64,000 bases of DNA. Origin: the human T2T-CHM13v2.0 reference genome, Homo sapiens. The notes beneath the pieces are model-generated. The model saw only the letters and a program-made list of their open reading frames with translations. It made no database searches and was not told the origin of the DNA. The position numbers and the translations under genes were made by a program. Location of the stretch: assembly GCF_009914755.1 (NCBI RefSeq), contig NC_060930.1. One strand, written 5' to 3'. Position 1 is the first letter of the stretch, and each line of letters starts with the position of its first letter. This document shows positions 25,034 to 41,913 of this stretch, piece after piece.

Positions 25034-25594
25034 TTTTTTTTTTTTTCAAGAAAACTTGAAAATATTTGTGGTATTGGTTCTAATGGAGATCACTTCACCT
25101 AGTTATTCTCTTATTTATGTCTTTGGGTGGTTAGATTGGTATGTAGGGGAAAATGGGGTCATGAACATAAGCAGATGAAAAGAAAAAATCAGGACAAGTA
25201 CTGGAAGCTATTGGAGAAGGAAGGAAGTGGCAAAGCTGGAAGTTAACAATTAACAACCCAGCTGGTGCTGCTGGTGTGTGGCCTGCTCAAGACAGGGGAG
25301 TGGCCTGGGTCATAGCAGTAAGGGCCTCGGGCTACAGAAGCTCGGGCTGTATTCCTGCAGGACTGCTGGTCTACTCCTGCTAGGTCCTAACTGCTCTATG
25401 CTTGCCAGTGTGTGCTCATCTGTGTTTCTCCAGAAATACATTTTGGAATAGAGAATATTGTACATAATATATATAAGTGATAATTATCTGTAGCAATTGG
25501 AAGAAGTAAATTTATTTTTTTTAATTAGAGGCAGGGGTATTTGTTTTTACTGTACCTATAACCTAAGTCAATCTTCCATCAATTTCTAGGAATT

Positions 25595-27060
25595 AACTAA
25601 TTTGTTCATTCAACACATTTATTGAAACCTACTAAGTTATTGAGCCCTGGAAATTTAGCAGTCATCAAGACATAAATGATTCTGGATGCCTGTATCATGT
25701 ACTTAGCCTGTAACGTGTACTTTTGTCTCTGCGCGGAAGTTAGATAATATGCAGAATCCACGAATACTAGCATCAGAGGGAGTCTTGGGCATACCAGTAT
25801 CAAAATGCTAACCAAGTTGATGGAGGGATGGATGGATGACAGGCTGACAGATAAGATTACATATTATTCACCCCACTAGACCATATGGACGCCTTAAGCT
25901 CAGTGACTAACATGAAAACCACTATATTACATGGTGGCATCATAGAATTAGAAGGGAAGAACAGTGGAGGCACAGGAGGCAGGGATTCATTGTGCTTAGG
26001 AGCCAAGGATAAAGGTGCTTCATAAAAGATCTGAGCAGATCCTTGACATTCTAGTTGGAAAAAGAAAGTGCATAGCCCATGCCAGGGCTGGAGCACAGTC
26101 TGCTGGGGCTGGCCCACCCGCTGCATGTCAGTGAACTGGTAAGAAATTGGGCTCTGAAGGAACATGTGATGTAGAGTCACAGTGGTGGGGAATCTTGAAT
26201 TCCAGGTTTAACATGGACATGGTTCTCCACTGCCTTCAGAACAAGGAACTTTTGGGACGGGGTAGCAATCAGATCTGGTTCTTGCACAGAGAAGAAGTCC
26301 AAGAGCAGAAAGAGAACAGTGGCAGAGAACTCAATTTTGACCATCTGTCAACATGAAAAGAATGAGACAGAGTCAAAATACTTTAGAAATATGGTCAGCA
26401 TTACTGAGAGAGACAAGTCGTATGAAAATCCTGTTTCTGACTTGGAATAGATAGCCTTTAATGGAGGGACAAAAAAGGGAGCAAGTCCTGAAAGTAGAAA
26501 GGAAATTACAACAGGGTTTGGCCACACATTTGAGATGCTTGGTGATGGGCAAACCTGGAGGTAGTTGAAAGCGTGGGTTGGAACTTCCAGAGGATGATGA
26601 AGATAAAGAGAAACATTTGGTGGCCATTACATTTCACTGATATTTGAAGACATGACAACTTAGAAGTCATCCATAGGAGTGTGAAAGGAGGGAAAGAATG
26701 AAGCTGAGCATGCGTCCCTGAAAGGACCCACATCTAAAGTGAACAGCGAGACTATGAAGGTATTTGAGAAAGAACCGACAACAGGATAGGGATAACGAGG
26801 GGCAGAAAGCTAAGCCAGGAGACAGCTGCAAAGAGGCGGTCAGCTGTGTTAGGACTGCTGCAGGGTCAAGGAGGGGAGTATCAAGAAAGCCATAACATGT
26901 GGCAGTATGAGGAAGTGTCAGGGCTTAAGAAAGAGTGGGTGCATTTTCAGAAGTGAGGGGATACTAAGAGGTTACCAGATTGTAGTGAGCTGAGTACAAA
27001 TGTGAGGTGAGGATGCGGAAGTGGTCAGTCAAGGAGATGGCACCATAGGAGAAGGCAGGG
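25595..27060 (+). mobile_element. Degenerate L2 LINE fragments
   Basis: TTCATTCAACACATTTATTGA terminus and purine-rich L2-like body; boundaries and strand approximate. Confidence 0.5.
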
Positions 27061-27661
27061 CCACGAGAAGTGTTTTGACTTTGGGTTTTAAATAGGAGGC
27101 CCTGTGTAGGCATAGAGGAGAGGAGGGCCTCTCCTATGCACTACAGTGGTGCATGCTTGTAGTTCCAGCTACTCGGAGGCCGGGAGGCGAGAGGATTGCT
27201 TAAGACCAGGAGTTCAAGAAGAGAGGGTGAACGAAGATTCAGCTAAGGGGCCAAAAGAGGAATAAATGGAGAGCCTGGATCTTTGGAACACTGGAGAAAC
27301 TGAAGACTCAACAGGCGGATCTGCCAAAGATAAAATTTACAAGACTTGAACAAAATCATTCTTTGGTCTTTTTATTAAGGGTTTCAAAAATCAGTGAAAA
27401 AGGGAGTTATTCCCATCCTACCCCATTCCAGTATGTTTATTGTATATTTATCTTGTCACAGGATGAGCTCGAATGCAACGCTGGGAAGTTCTGGGGGGAA
27501 GTGTCCCCTTAACTCTGCCATTGAACACCAAGGATCAGACGCCCCACAGGAGAGCACGCATGGGTAAAAGCATGAGCTCTTCCAAGAACAATATGAGAAA
27601 AAAGGTATGCCCCGTAGAACAGGTGTGGGGAAATTTCCAAACACATGCATTAGAAAAAGTG

Positions 27662-27975
27662 CAGCGGTGGCTCACGCCTGTAACCCCAGCACTTTGGGAG
27701 GCCGAGGCGGGTGGATCACGAGGTCGGGAGATCAAGACCATCCTGGCTAACACAGTGAAACCCCATCTCTGCTAAAAAAAAAAAAATACAAAAAATCAGC
27801 CAGGCACGGTAGCGGGTGCCTGCAGTCCCAGCTACTCAGGAGGCTGAGGCAGGAGAATGGTGTGAACCCAGGAGGCAGAGCTTGCAGTGAGCCGAGATCG
27901 CGCCACTGCACTTTGGACTGGGCGACAGAGTGAGACTCCATCTCAAAAAAAAAAAAGAAAAAAGAAAAAGAAAAA
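27662..27975 (+). mobile_element. Alu SINE (young, AluY/Sc-like) with TSD
   Basis: GGATCACGAGGTCGGGAGATCAAGACCATCCTGGCTAACAC; flanked by AGAAAAAGTGCA. Confidence 0.92.
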
Positions 27976-28952
27976 GTGCATGCACACGTCACCACGTTTG
28001 CATGTGCGCCTGAAGGAGGGGTCCAAGGGATATTTGTGTGTTTGGAGAGCCTAAAATAAATTAGGAAGGTTGAAGTTTTTAATACCATCTGACCAAGCAA
28101 TGGGGAAAAGTACCTAAGTGGAGTTTAAGCACCATCTGAATTTCAGACAAAAACACAATCATTCTTGTCTTTTTCACTGCTTTTCACATTTAGTGTCTTC
28201 TCATAGAAATTCCAAAACATTGCAGATTACTTATATTCATATCTGTAGAGTCTTCTTGAAATTCATTTATTCAAAAACTGCAGGATATTAAAGAGTTAGC
28301 CCTATGCCTCTTAAAAACAAAACTATGTCAGGACCACACAAATGATACAGATTGAACAGACCTGCCGGTTGCTTAGAGAAAAAATACACTTTAAGCAAAA
28401 GCTAAACATCTGTTGTTCATAAAGCTTGCCATAGTGCTAAGGGCAAGAAAAACTTAAAGGGGGAAGCTCTTTTTTCTATCAAGGAGTGATTCTTCTAGTT
28501 GAGAAGAAGGTATCTATATGAAACAAAAAGATAAGCAGTTCTAAAACCACACATAACGAATATGTAGATATATGTATATTACATATGTATTCTTGTATGA
28601 ATGGATGCCAGTGAATGGAGGAGGACTTCTTAAAGTGGGTAAGTTGTTCTTTGTCTTGAAGTAAGTACAGGATTTGGATTGATGGAAAGGGAAAGCATGA
28701 GAATGCAAAAGAGCCCACAGACGAGGAGCAAAGGGTACAAGAGAGGACAGAAGTAGAGCCAGTTCATGAAGAGACATGACTGCTGGAATAAAAATTTCAG
28801 CTTTGCTTTGATACGTATGTGAAAGCTACAGTAAGGAGTTTATACGTTTGATTCATTTGGCCTTTTATTCCTTAACTTGGGCATTGATTTATTAATTCAG
28901 TAAGTGCACATTACATACCTAGAATATATCAGGCTCTCCGTTAGGGCTAGGG

Positions 28953-29178
28953 CAGTGGTTCTGGTTCAGGGGCAATATTGGCCCCCAGGAAGCACTGAGC
29001 AATGTCTGGAGATGTTCTTCAAGGGTCACAATGCGGGTAGGTGACTACTGGCATTTAGTGGGTAGAGGGCCCAAATGCTGCCAAACCTCCTAAAATGTAC
29101 AGTATAACACCCCCTACAGCAAAGAATATTGACATTTCTGGCCCAAAACATCAGTATTGCTGCTGTTGAGAAACCCTG
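28953..29178. mobile_element. MER20 (hAT-Charlie) DNA transposon
   Basis: CAGTGGTTCT start, GCAATGTCTGGAGA, GGCATTTAGTGGGTAGAGG, GTTGAGAAACCCTG end. Confidence 0.8.
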
Positions 29179-30749
29179 GGCTGCATGGTACAGATATCTG
29201 AGATGTAGTTCTTGCCTGCTCTGGGATTCCAAGGGCAGTGGAAGCTGTAAACTAATAATTCCACTCTACTAAGTTCTACAATCAAAGCAGGTATCAGGTG
29301 CTGTGGAAGAGCAGAAGATTTGCCACTCACTTTGCTTCAGGTTGGAAGGTTTTCTGGAGGAAGGTTGCATTGGAGAGGAGTCTTGGAAGGTGAGCCAGAG
29401 CTTGCCAGGTAGGGAAGGTGGGTGGAAGGAGCCAGTTCAAAAATGTAGCATATTTGGGGACCAGTGGGCAGTTTGGCATGACTGAAATACAGGGTATGTG
29501 GTTGGATGGGTTGGGATGAAATAATGGGAGATGGGGTTGGGGAGTTAGGTTGGAATCTTATCCAGGAAGGTGCTAGAGGCCCTGGTAACCCCTACTCCCA
29601 GCCCTACTGATAAGGTCAGTGTCCACAAAGATCATAAAAGGGAATCAAGAAGTGCTGGGTTCCTCAGTTCTGTTCACTGCACTCTTTTCTCTTGTCCATA
29701 GATCTTACTTCCTAGCCTGGGCTCTGCCAAGCATGTGTCCTCTGAGTTTTTAGTAAAGGTAATAGCAAAATAAAACCATTGCTAGTAATGTGCCCTAGAG
29801 ATGGGAGCTGTCAGGTAATCATTTAGAATTTAAAAGCTCGTCTCCACATTCCTTCAGATGAAGAAAACGGTAGGATAAAAATATAGCACAGCTTATTAGT
29901 AACATCTTACCCATTTTTTCCCTAAATGGTTAGAACATGCTGCCTTTCCCTGCTCTTTACATCAGCGTTTCCGTTATTAAAGCTATTTTTCAGTTCTAAA
30001 TCCTAGGAGGATTTTCCCCATGAATTTAACATGACTGAGGAAACTTGCTCCAGGGTAAAACTTTGCTGCAAATTATCTGAGATAGGCTTCTTAATAAAGA
30101 GATGAAAAATGAATCATAGCCTTGTAGTAGTTTCAAATGTGGAGTTACCTTTCTCCTTCATCCCCACTATCATGATTATTCATAATAGACATGGGCCAGC
30201 TTTATAAATAATTACACACAACAAAAGTCCTTTGTGTTCAACACTGGAGGCTGCTGCTGATGCGGGCCAGGAGAGTGTGTGTGCCAGAGTTAGGGGAGAG
30301 AGCGCGAGAGCCAGGCAAAACTGCTGTGTCTAAACTTCTCAAAAGGTCATCCCTACATATGAGGTGTGACACCCCTAGACTCAGGCAGCACGTTTTGAAA
30401 TGGGACTCGGGTTACCTGTTCAAGCTGAAGTCCCTACAAATGTATAGCCATGACTTTCCTGGTCTTTAGATATTATATAGGCTCTTCTAAATGCAAGTGT
30501 AACTTACACAAATGAACAATTATACTGGAAAAGGAAACTATTAAAGCAGCTTATAAATCCCTCCCAGCACCCTCTCTTCTCCTCCCTTGCTGCAGGACAA
30601 AGGGTAAGCCATACCCCTATGCTTTTGTCTGTGGGAGCCATGAACCCCACCTCTACTTCAGTAATAGATGCTAAAGAGCTTTTCCCTCTTCATATCACCT
30701 CTATGTTTGAAAGCTCTTTCTCCTTTTAAAAAAATTAATTTTTCTTTTT

Positions 30750-30850
30750 TTTAAGGAGATGGAGGAGTCTTGCTATGTTGTCCAAGCTGGCCTCAAACTC
30801 CCAGACCTCAGCGTCTCGAATAGTTGCGACTACAGGAACATGCCATCTTT
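30750..30850 (-). mobile_element. Alu monomer fragment
   Basis: GAGTCTTGCTATGTTGTCCAAGCTGGCCTCAAACTCC. Confidence 0.7.
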
Positions 30851-30984
30851 CTCCTTTTAAGAAGAAGCCATGCCTCCCCTCTCCCCTCTGGTATTTAACC
30901 TAAATTTACATGCTGTACCTAAGGATCTTTGGTGGAGTCCCTGAGCGGGTGGTTCTAAAGGCTTGATGGGAATTGGTTCATTTC

Positions 30985-31125
30985 ATTCTCACAACATGCC
31001 CGTGAAGCAGAGATTCTCCTTGGCCTCATTTTACAGATGAGGACCTCAGGCACAGAGAGCTGGAGTGACTTGCTCAAGGTCACAGAGCTGGAAAGAGGAG
31101 AGCCAGGAGTCACACGCAGGGCTCC
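30985..31125 (-). mobile_element. MIR SINE
   Basis: CATTTTACAGATGAGG...GCACAGAGAG...GACTTGCTCAAGGTCACA core. Confidence 0.8.
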
Positions 31126-32137
31126 AAGTGTTCCCCCCAACCCACCCACAGCACTGCTTCTGAGGGGCAGCCTTACACATGGCCCGGGATGCTCCAAAAG
31201 GTTGACCTTACCACAGACCATCCGAAGGGACAAAATGGCCAGTACACTTGTTCTCTTTGTTTTTGTTTTGCTTTGCTTTTAAGGAGTGTGACTAACAGCC
31301 CAAACCCTCTCCACTAGTGCCCTGGAGTTTGAGGGTACAACCTTTGATTGCACCAGTCAGTCCTCATTAATGAGGGCTCTTAGGCTTCCCCCTTTGCACA
31401 GCCCCATCCCAGCCCAGGAAGCCATTTTACAGCAATATATGTGTATATATTAATTACCACGCATTTTTATGGGGAAAACACCTTAAATAAACAGTGAGAA
31501 GGCAGACAGGTAAAATCAAATAGGATAACAATTCTGGGATCTCCAGTGCTCTATTTGACTCACTGAAAGGACTGTGGAAATCAACTGGAGGCCTTCACTC
31601 CTGGCAAGCCTTCACAGTTTCAGAGTTTCCATGTTATTACTCATCTCCTTGCTGGCCCTTCTCCTCCCAGCTTTGAATTTCCACCACTAAGCTCTAGGGA
31701 AAGAACAAGAGCTGTGGGCTAGTCAGGCCTTAGTGGGGAGGCAGAGAATTCATGCACATCCTTCAGCTGTGCAGCGGACCCCCAAGGGCAGCTCCTGTTC
31801 CAGGCCCACACCCACCGGGAATCTGGCCAAAAGACCAGAGCCAACTCCACAAAGCATTTCTGAGAAATGGATATTTCACTCAAGGCTTTGAGGAAAGATT
31901 CTCATTATACAGGACATGTGGCAAAAAATATCCAAAACCCCCTACTTAAGCATCTCTGTTTCTCCCTTCCAGACACAATAAACAGCAACAAAGGGAGGGG
32001 CAAGGGAATGAATGACTAAAGGAAGGACAAAGTGGAAGAAGAGAAAGAACAAGGGAATGAAAAATACTTTTCTGTGAATGTAGGTGAACCAAGTATCTTC
32101 TCTGGCTGAGTTAGCAAAGGGGAATTCTATGGGGAGA

Positions 32138-32940
32138 TGACAGTGAAGCGGGAAATTTCCCTGACCCCTTTGCAAGTGGGAACTGGAGTGCAGGCACTGG
32201 AGTTAGCCGGCTGCTTCGGCACTGGCAGGGGCGAACTCCACTCACTCGAACCCATTGCTCTCAGCTCCTCATGGGAGGGAATGCACAGGTGAGTGGATGC
32301 AGGAACTGGGGTGAGTGCTTTCAGGCACCAGCAGGAGCAAAACTTTGTGTGGGCCCCGTGGCAGCATCTAGTGGGGAGAACCTGTGATGCTGTCCATGGA
32401 CAGCTTAAGTATTAAACAGCTCAGTGGGCCCTCTGCCTTTTTGCGTGAGATAGTTGCTTTCCACCAGCAAGGGTAGAAGGTCAGTGTGACAGCCTTTCTT
32501 TTCTGCACCTGTGGCACTGAGCTCTTGTTTGGTGTCCAGGAAAAATCAGGTAGCACGAACAAATTGAAGAGTGGTGAATGTGGAGGATTTTATTGCTGAC
32601 GAAAGTGATGAAGGGAACCTGAAAAGGGGATGGAGTGGGAAGCTATGCTTTCAAGCCGTCCCTCTGAAGTCAAGCCTATCCCTCTGATGTCAAGCTGCTT
32701 CTCTCCAACATCCAGCTGCTTCTCCTCCCTCTGACAGCTGAGCCTGGGGTTTTTATGGGCACAAGACTGGAGGCAGGGTGGGCCATGGGTGGTTTTGGAA
32801 AAGTCAGCATTCCAGACAGAAAACAGAGATGTAAACTCTCACTTTGAGCCACAGGATTGGGCTTTTTGGCTTGAGGGTGGAGCCCTCACCAGGGACCCGA
32901 CCTCTTCTGCCCAGAATTTCTCACCCTCCTGTCCCTATCA
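32138..32940 (-). mobile_element. ERV1 solo LTR (MER52-like)
   Basis: Minus strand begins TGATAGGGACAGGAGGGTGAGAAATTCTGGGCAGAAGAGG...CCACCCTCAAGCC and ends in CA; AATAAA on the minus strand near 32590. Confidence 0.7.
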
Positions 32941-35280
32941 ACGGTAAAATAAACATGTGAACATATTTGCTGCTTCTCTTCTCTTTATGGCTCTGCATTA
33001 TTTATGAACCATGAAGGTAAATTTCAATGGCAGGAGAGTGAAGGTGGTGGACTTCTTTCCAAAATTTCTCTGACCATCTCTATGCAATTTGCCAAGAGAA
33101 GGAAGACACAAGCTGCACCTCTTACTGCAGGCCTTACTGAGGCTTTATGGAGGAAATCAATTACAAGTTATCCATAAAGCTTTGGGGCACCCAAGTTGCT
33201 CAACTACAGCTATAAAAGGAGGATAAGTCTATCTGGCAGAGCCTCAGTTTACTGTACTAGAACTTGAATATCCGTGGCTTGGGAATAAAGGAATGATCAC
33301 ATTTGAATGCAAATGTCTAGGGAAAGCAGATATAGCTTGTTATCTTGAATAATCTGAGTAATATGACAATGCCACCTGTTACCTAATGAAAACCAAAGAC
33401 TGTCCTTACCTCAATGCCCTAGGTGCCAGCTACAAGGGCCAGTATCATTCCAGGTGTCTTCCTGCGTATGGACAAGCCTTTCTTCTGCCAGTCTTGCATC
33501 TGCAAACACATCTGCTCAGGGCACTCCCTGTGCAAAACACTCAGTAACTCCCCACTGCATGCAGAGTTCAACCCATACTCCTCAGCCTGGCAGTAAAAAT
33601 CTTTCTTCACTTAACATCCACATGACTTTCCATCTCAGGTCCCTGTCCCACCTGCCATCCCACCCACTGTTGAGGCTGGCATCAGCTACTCAGCTCCCTG
33701 AATGTGCTTTGCATCCCCCTCTCTCCTCACTCCTGGACCATTGCTGAAATGTTTCAGATGCTTAGGGAGCGCTTTTCCCTTGCTTCCCTTCACAGCAGCA
33801 ATATTCACCTGACCTAAACATTCTTCAGGGGCCAGCTTAAATCTCACTACTTGCCAAATTATTCCATGCAAAATCAATTTCTTCCTCCATTGTAATACCA
33901 TGGCACTTTGAACCAACACATACCATCAGAGGTGTGTATGTGTGTTTCATGCATATGCCTAGATTACAATAGTTCCTTCATAGCATTTATCACTATCTGG
34001 CTTACTATACATTTACTTATGTATTTTTTATTGTCTGTCTCCTCTTCCAGAAAGTATAAAAATTTTGTATGTTTTGTTTATTACTGCATCCCCAATGCCT
34101 AGAACATTGCCTAGCAGATAGTAAAGGCTCAATAGATGAATGACTCATAGGAGCCTAGAGATCCCAGACTGTCTTGCTCATCTCTCCATCACCCCAGAGT
34201 GGCTGGCAAAGTGCTTTGCACATGCTTCTTGGATCTGACTGGATTGAAGAGCCGGCCACCTGGGTTTGGCTATGTACATCTCCTCTGCTTTGAACAGAAG
34301 ATATGGATTTAACTGCCAGTTACACAGCTGTGGGGCTGCAAGCCAGGCAGATGTGATGGGGGCTGAGACTCGTACAGGAAACTCCCAGGTTAACGGGCAG
34401 CCCTAATTGCTAAATCTAATTAGGAAGGAAATCAGTTAAATTAAGAATCCTTCATGTAAGAAAACCAAACAAAAAGCTGTTGGGCAAAATTTTTCATTCT
34501 TCATTCGCTTTAATCAGCTTCCTTGAAGAAGAAGGCAAGATAGCAGGATTTCAGCAGGAGTGTTTTATTGGGCCAAAAGTCATGCTCCCATGACTACAGA
34601 ACCCCAAAAAGAAAGAACAACATGGTCTTTGGCCACTAGGATCCTCTTTGACATGTGCTCTGGAGGAAGCTGCTGTGTCACCTTTCCAAAGAGCCTACGG
34701 ATTATCGCTGTGAAAGCTCAGGCTGTCAGGTTTGAATCGTTGCCAACAGGCTTGCAATGTGAAGGGCTGATCCTCTTAATTGAGCAAAAGCACACCGTCC
34801 CCGCCACTGAAGCAAGCGACGCAGAGGCACCGTGCAATTCACCTCTACTGCTGAAGCAGTTACTTGTGTGGTCTTCAGTCGTTTGGTCCGAAAAGACAGA
34901 TATTTTTCTCAGTATTTGCGACTTTAATGTGTTTGCATCATCATCTTCTGCAGCACCTTAAGTATCACAGAGCTGCTGCTTTATTTTTTTCCTGAGGAAC
35001 CCATCAGATATATATGAAAACAAAGAGATACGATAATATGAACATCCCTAAGAATTACCATCGATACCAACAGGATTGATATATGTGAAAAACTATATAT
35101 ACATCTATACAGTATATTCAAGGCATATATTCAGGAAGCAGAGTGGTCACTTCAGCATCATCTCCATCAGGATTCTAGGTCAGCTCTTTCACAAACCTTG
35201 TGAATTGGGACAAGTCGAATAAGCTCTCTAAACTTTGACTTCCTCAACTGTAAAATAGGAATAAAGATAATACATGTTCA

Positions 35281-35544
<264 letters not shown>

Positions 35545-37108
35545 TTAACACTGTGCCCAGAATATAGTAACCACTCCGTCAATGTTGACTGAATACATTA
35601 ATAGGCTGCCAGGCATCCTCCAACCACTGACCCAGACTGGCTACATTTCTGAGACAATGGGGCTTATTCTCATCCTCAAAACAACTGGGTCCTGAGGCTA
35701 TGTTTACAGCTGTGCTGGTTGCACCCTGTACAACCCTAAGAAGCATCATTCAAAGTTTATGCCTCAAGGATCTAGATATTGACTATTACAATTTTACAGC
35801 ATATTATAACAATTTCCCAAGAGATGGAAATAAAGCATCGTGAGGAGTGGGGAGACTTTCTCCACTTTGCACAAAGGCACTCTACAAACAAGCCCTGGCC
35901 CTGGGCAGTAAAGACAAGCATTGGCGCCAGCTCCCTGGAAGAAAGCAACTCGAGTTAGATGACTGTTGTTTTAGCCACAGTTGGGCCCTTTCATGGGACT
36001 CTAAACACTGTAAGTATTGTGGAACAGGGCTCAAAAGCTGCTCTCGCTGGACGGTCTTTTTGGTTTGGAAAAGTTAGCTAACTGTGTTTGCTGTCCTTCT
36101 TATAATTATTATCTTATTTTACTAGATTCTTTGTTATGTCCAAGCAGTCTGTTGTGTTCAAACACAGTGACAGTATCTGTTCATCAGCACCGTCCACCTG
36201 CCATAATAATGATCAAAAGGCCACCCAAGCTCCCAGCACACCATCCTGAATCCAGCCAGTCCTGCCTGGAATAAGGCTGTCTGCAAACTCAGCCTTCCTC
36301 TTTGGAATAGGGACATGTCCTGAATGTGGACAGAAGACCTGAATACCCCCAGGCTGACTAGCTGAGGGTCAGCAAGAAGGATGGGCAGAATAAAGCAAGG
36401 AATGTGAGCCCAGGGGATCGAAAGAAACCATCGGGGCTACCACCACGCAGCAACCAGAGATGGGCGTCTGGAATGGTCACCTGAGCAAGGGGCCCCGGGA
36501 GATACAAATAGTCATAAGGACACAGCAGGCCACAGCTCCAGAGTGGGAACCTCTCCCTTCTTCAAACCCTGACAATATGCTGTCCCTAGCTCCCTATATT
36601 AGATTTAGGCATTGCCTGCTCACCCTCCTGGAAGTTTGTTCATACAAACGTGTAAGAACAATGACTCTGCCCTCCCTCTTACTTGTTTCTACCACAATAG
36701 TAAATCCATGCTGGTTGAGCATAAACCTATCCACTCTCTTCCATCCTGTACATTTCTCTGTCTTCATTGTAGTGGTGGTGGTCACACAACTCTATGAATT
36801 TGTCAAAACCCTAGAGCCATATATACCACAAAGAGTGAATATTACTGTGCGCAAATTAAGAGAGGGGGGTTATGGCAGACACTGTTGATTGCCTGCACAA
36901 CAGCTCTTCTCCCTGACTCTGCTTCTGTTCTCACAAAATCCTGATTTTATTTTATTCAGCCTCCTTTAGGGGAGGCTGAACCTTCCCAGCCTCATAGGGA
37001 TACATCTTGATTAATCTAAACCAATCGGGAATTCGATTCCTCCTGTCACGTATTGGTTTGGAAATGGCATTTGATAGGATTCTTGCCAATCTAAGGTGTG
37101 AAGGTCTG

Positions 37109-37456
<348 letters not shown>

Positions 37457-37469
37457 TTACAAAGGGGCT

Positions 37470-39490
<2,021 letters not shown>

Positions 39491-41035
39491 ATTTTTAAAA
39501 AGAGCTAGAGGGCAGGGATTCAGAAAGATGACACGCCCTCTGCTTTTCCGGCTTTTGGCATTGTGTGAGGATGTAATGCATGGAGCTGCTAATGCAAGCT
39601 TGTGAAGATGAGGGGTGCTAGCGCATATGATGAGGATGGCAGACCTGATAGGTGGAAAGATCTAGGTCATCCTGACAACATTAAGCAGCTGAACTCACTG
39701 ATCCCAGAGCCTCAGGCCACCCCACCCAGCCCTTACCATCTCCTGTCCTACTGCCATGGGAGGTAATACACTTTTTCCTTATTGTTGAAGCTGCTTTATT
39801 TGATTTTCCTATTACCTGCAGCCAAAAGCATTGTGATTAATACACTGGTCTCGTGCTGCTGGAAATGAATCATGCCTCCTGTAGGGTTGTATCCAACAAC
39901 AGACACATGGCAGGTGTCTGTTATACCATCCACAAGATACAATGTGTTTGTTTTGCAGAAATTGTCTCTATCACCTGTGGGCTTTTGCTACCCATAGAGC
40001 TACTTGTACCTAATTCAACCAATAAAAATAATGCTAGAAACTGAAGCCAACAAAGCTGTCAAAATTTGTCTTGGGTTCTTGGGTTAGACAACTTGTTGAG
40101 ATTTTATAATACATTTCCTTTTCTCTCCTCTTTTTCTAGGTTCTTTCCTGCTGGATGCGAAACACTCAATTATCACTTCCTCATGTGTGTAGTCTCCCTC
40201 ACTGAGTCAGCTCTCACTGGGGCCTTCCCATGACTTGTTTGTTGTCTTTATCTGTCTGAAGCCTCATCTTCCTTTGACATTTATCTTCATCTGGAAATTC
40301 TATAATCTTCCTTTTCCTCTTGTCTTGATCTTACATAAAATCAACATTGTCCATTGAAAGTTATGTTTAAGAAGCATTGTTAACAAAACTATCATGAAGT
40401 CCCTTGTACCTTGTTAAAAACCACTGTATTCATAACTTTGTTGTTTTTTTCAAATATATTTTTCTCTGGATTGAAACTGCTTACCATTCAGGTCATTGGA
40501 AGTCTCTTCATTCCCATTAAACTCTTTTTCAGGTTTGACATCTTTGTCCTCTATTAACTCAACTTTGAGTATCTCCTTTTTAATCCAACAGAAAAAGCTC
40601 CTCCCCTATCCTTCCAGCCCCATGACTGTAAGATAAAAAATTTCCTGCTACAGGCATCTTGCAGGCAATGTGCCAGACAGGCAATGCATCAAACAGCCGA
40701 CATTGATCAGAACTCAGCCCTTGTCATATATCTCTTCCTAAAATGCCTAGCAGAATAATTTGTTGAGTACATGCTCAATAACTTAAATTGTTTTGAATTA
40801 AATCAAATTAAAGTCTTACAGTCACTACTGGAGGGAGAACAGGCAACATGTATGAATTTTCACTGTTTTGGAGCACATGGAAAAGAACATCAATACTAGT
40901 AGCATCTCAAGATCCCAGTGGCTAGACCCAGCCTACACACGACAGTCAAAATTTACTATTTATGATGTGGATTATCTCATACTAGTCCATTGCTTCACTT
41001 TCTACTGACTGACACCTCTGGCACATTTCATCCTT

Positions 41036-41192
41036 TTTCTTCTTTTTCTTTTTTTAGAGACGGGGTCACCCAGGCTGGAGTACAGTGGCATAATCATAGC
41101 TCACTGCAGCCTCGCTCATGAACTCAAGTGATCCTCCCACCTCAGCTGACCAAATAGCTGGGACTAGAGGCATGCCCACCACACCCGGCTAA
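41036..41192 (-). mobile_element. Partial Alu (right arm), antisense
   Basis: CCCAGGCTGGAGTACAGTGGC...CACACCCGGCTAA. Confidence 0.85.
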
Positions 41193-41913
41193 GCACCTTT
41201 GATTCTAATATTGAAAATATCATTATAAAATATCTAGTAGGTATGGATTAATGAATGAGTTAAATGGCAGATGTTTGACCCTAATAAGTAAAGGTTTCGG
41301 GACGCCAGGGAGATGGTAATATCTGGGATCTTCTTAGGCCTCATTACCAGGACATAAAGAAACAAAATGAAGTTTCTCAAAATGCCCATTTAATACATTA
41401 TTTTTTATCGTAATAAACATACGGCCTTTTCAGATCTTATTTTTGTTCCTTCTATTGTTAGTCCTGAGTGTTTGCCTATGGTGACAGCCAGATTTCATTT
41501 CATTCATTCATTCATTTATTCATTCTGACCATCATCTGGGGGCCAAGCACTGTGGTGGGTACTCAGGGTGCACCAGTGAACAGAACAGACAAAGCCCTGC
41601 CCTCTTGGAGTTTACATTCTAGTGCAGGCAACATGGGAATATAATAAATCCATAAACTCAGGAAGAACTTAGTTCTTTTTAGATCAATAAGGCCTGACTG
41701 TGAACTGTGAACTGTGAAGGGACAGATTCCCTGAAGAGGTACCGAGACCTCATTTTAAAAGAAGACTTTTTATTTTTGGACATTCTTTAGATATTGACTT
41801 TTTCTGTTCTCTAGTAGAAGTATCTTGCAGCAAGGAATAGAAAGACTGAAGTCAATTGATGCGATATTAGGAAAGTCCTGTCTTTTGCTTCTCTGGGCCC
41901 CTGTGTGGACTTC